NCBI RefSeq assembly: GCF_018977255.1
Contig: NW_024704742.1
Span: forward strand, 81,718,001 to 81,782,000
From: Callorhinchus milii
Lineage: Eukaryota
Reading direction: 5' to 3'
DNA length: 64,000 bases
This document shows, piece by piece, positions 63,411 to 64,000 of this stretch; the first letter of the stretch is position 1, and the number at the start of each line of letters is the position of its first letter. Both the position numbers and the translations under genes were made by a program. Under the pieces are notes generated by a model. That model made no database searches. It saw only the letters and a list, made by a program, of their open reading frames with translations, and had not been told where the DNA came from.

Positions 63411-64000
63411 ACTTCCTGTTGCCAATGAGGAGAGTCATGGCTATGGGGGTCAATCACCTATCTTTTATCTAACGTGTAGTACAATGTGATGCTGTCTACA
63501 TTTGCAGGTTAGTATGTAGCTGCATATAGTGACAGAGATTTGTCTTAATCAAACCAATTGTGGTTAGCCTACAATGATGCTTGTGATTGTTTCTTCCTTG
63601 TTTCCATAGTCAATATTTAAGCAGCTCAGGCTAGGATATCCATGACTCACATTGGCTGCTTCAACGGCATGTCAGTGTTATGACAATTGCTGTTCAAACA
63701 ATGAACAACACAGCCACAAGTTTGAGATATAAAAAGGACTAAAGTGGGGAGAATTTGATTATAAGTTGTTGTAAGTAAGCACATAAGTATCCAATGAAAA
63801 ACATGTGTTTTCACTATTAATAACAGTAATTCTTGTATTTGTTATAACATCTTTCACATCAGGAAGACATTGCCAAGCACTTCAGAGGATTCAATGTGAA
63901 ATGGAGTGATTGTATAATTTTGTAGGTAAACCCTGCAATCAATTTGTGTGCACAAATAGCTATGAAGTGAGTAACCAATTATATTTGGGGGATTGTTGGC

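Overview
Vertebrate non-coding DNA (a large intron or gene desert) with no recognisable host exon, rRNA, true tRNA or CRISPR array. The repeat content points to a cartilaginous fish, most likely a holocephalan such as Callorhinchus; this is inferred from recalled repeat families and was not verified. The window is dominated by retroelements: (i) a young tRNA-Ala(TGC)-headed SINE with an (ATT)n tail, in short and long forms; (ii) older full Deu-domain SINEs (AmnSINE/SacSINE-like); (iii) L2-clade LINEs, including a near-full-length decayed copy at ~20856-24345 (-) with APE and RT motifs and a SINE inserted in it; (iv) CR1 LINE fragments; (v) Penelope-type terminal-repeat remnants. Almost all longer ORFs are pieces of these elements. 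Most notable observations: a palindromic Penelope-type insertion carrying a minimal hammerhead-ribozyme core (32035-32264); an exact ETS-CRE promoter 16-mer just beyond the L2 5' end; a 24-nt stem-loop identical in SINE and L2 3' tails; a 47-bp near-perfect hairpin; an inverted templated insertion; three copies of an unclassified ancient repeat; and several repeat-free, enhancer-like islands. Boundaries of degraded repeats are approximate (read by eye).
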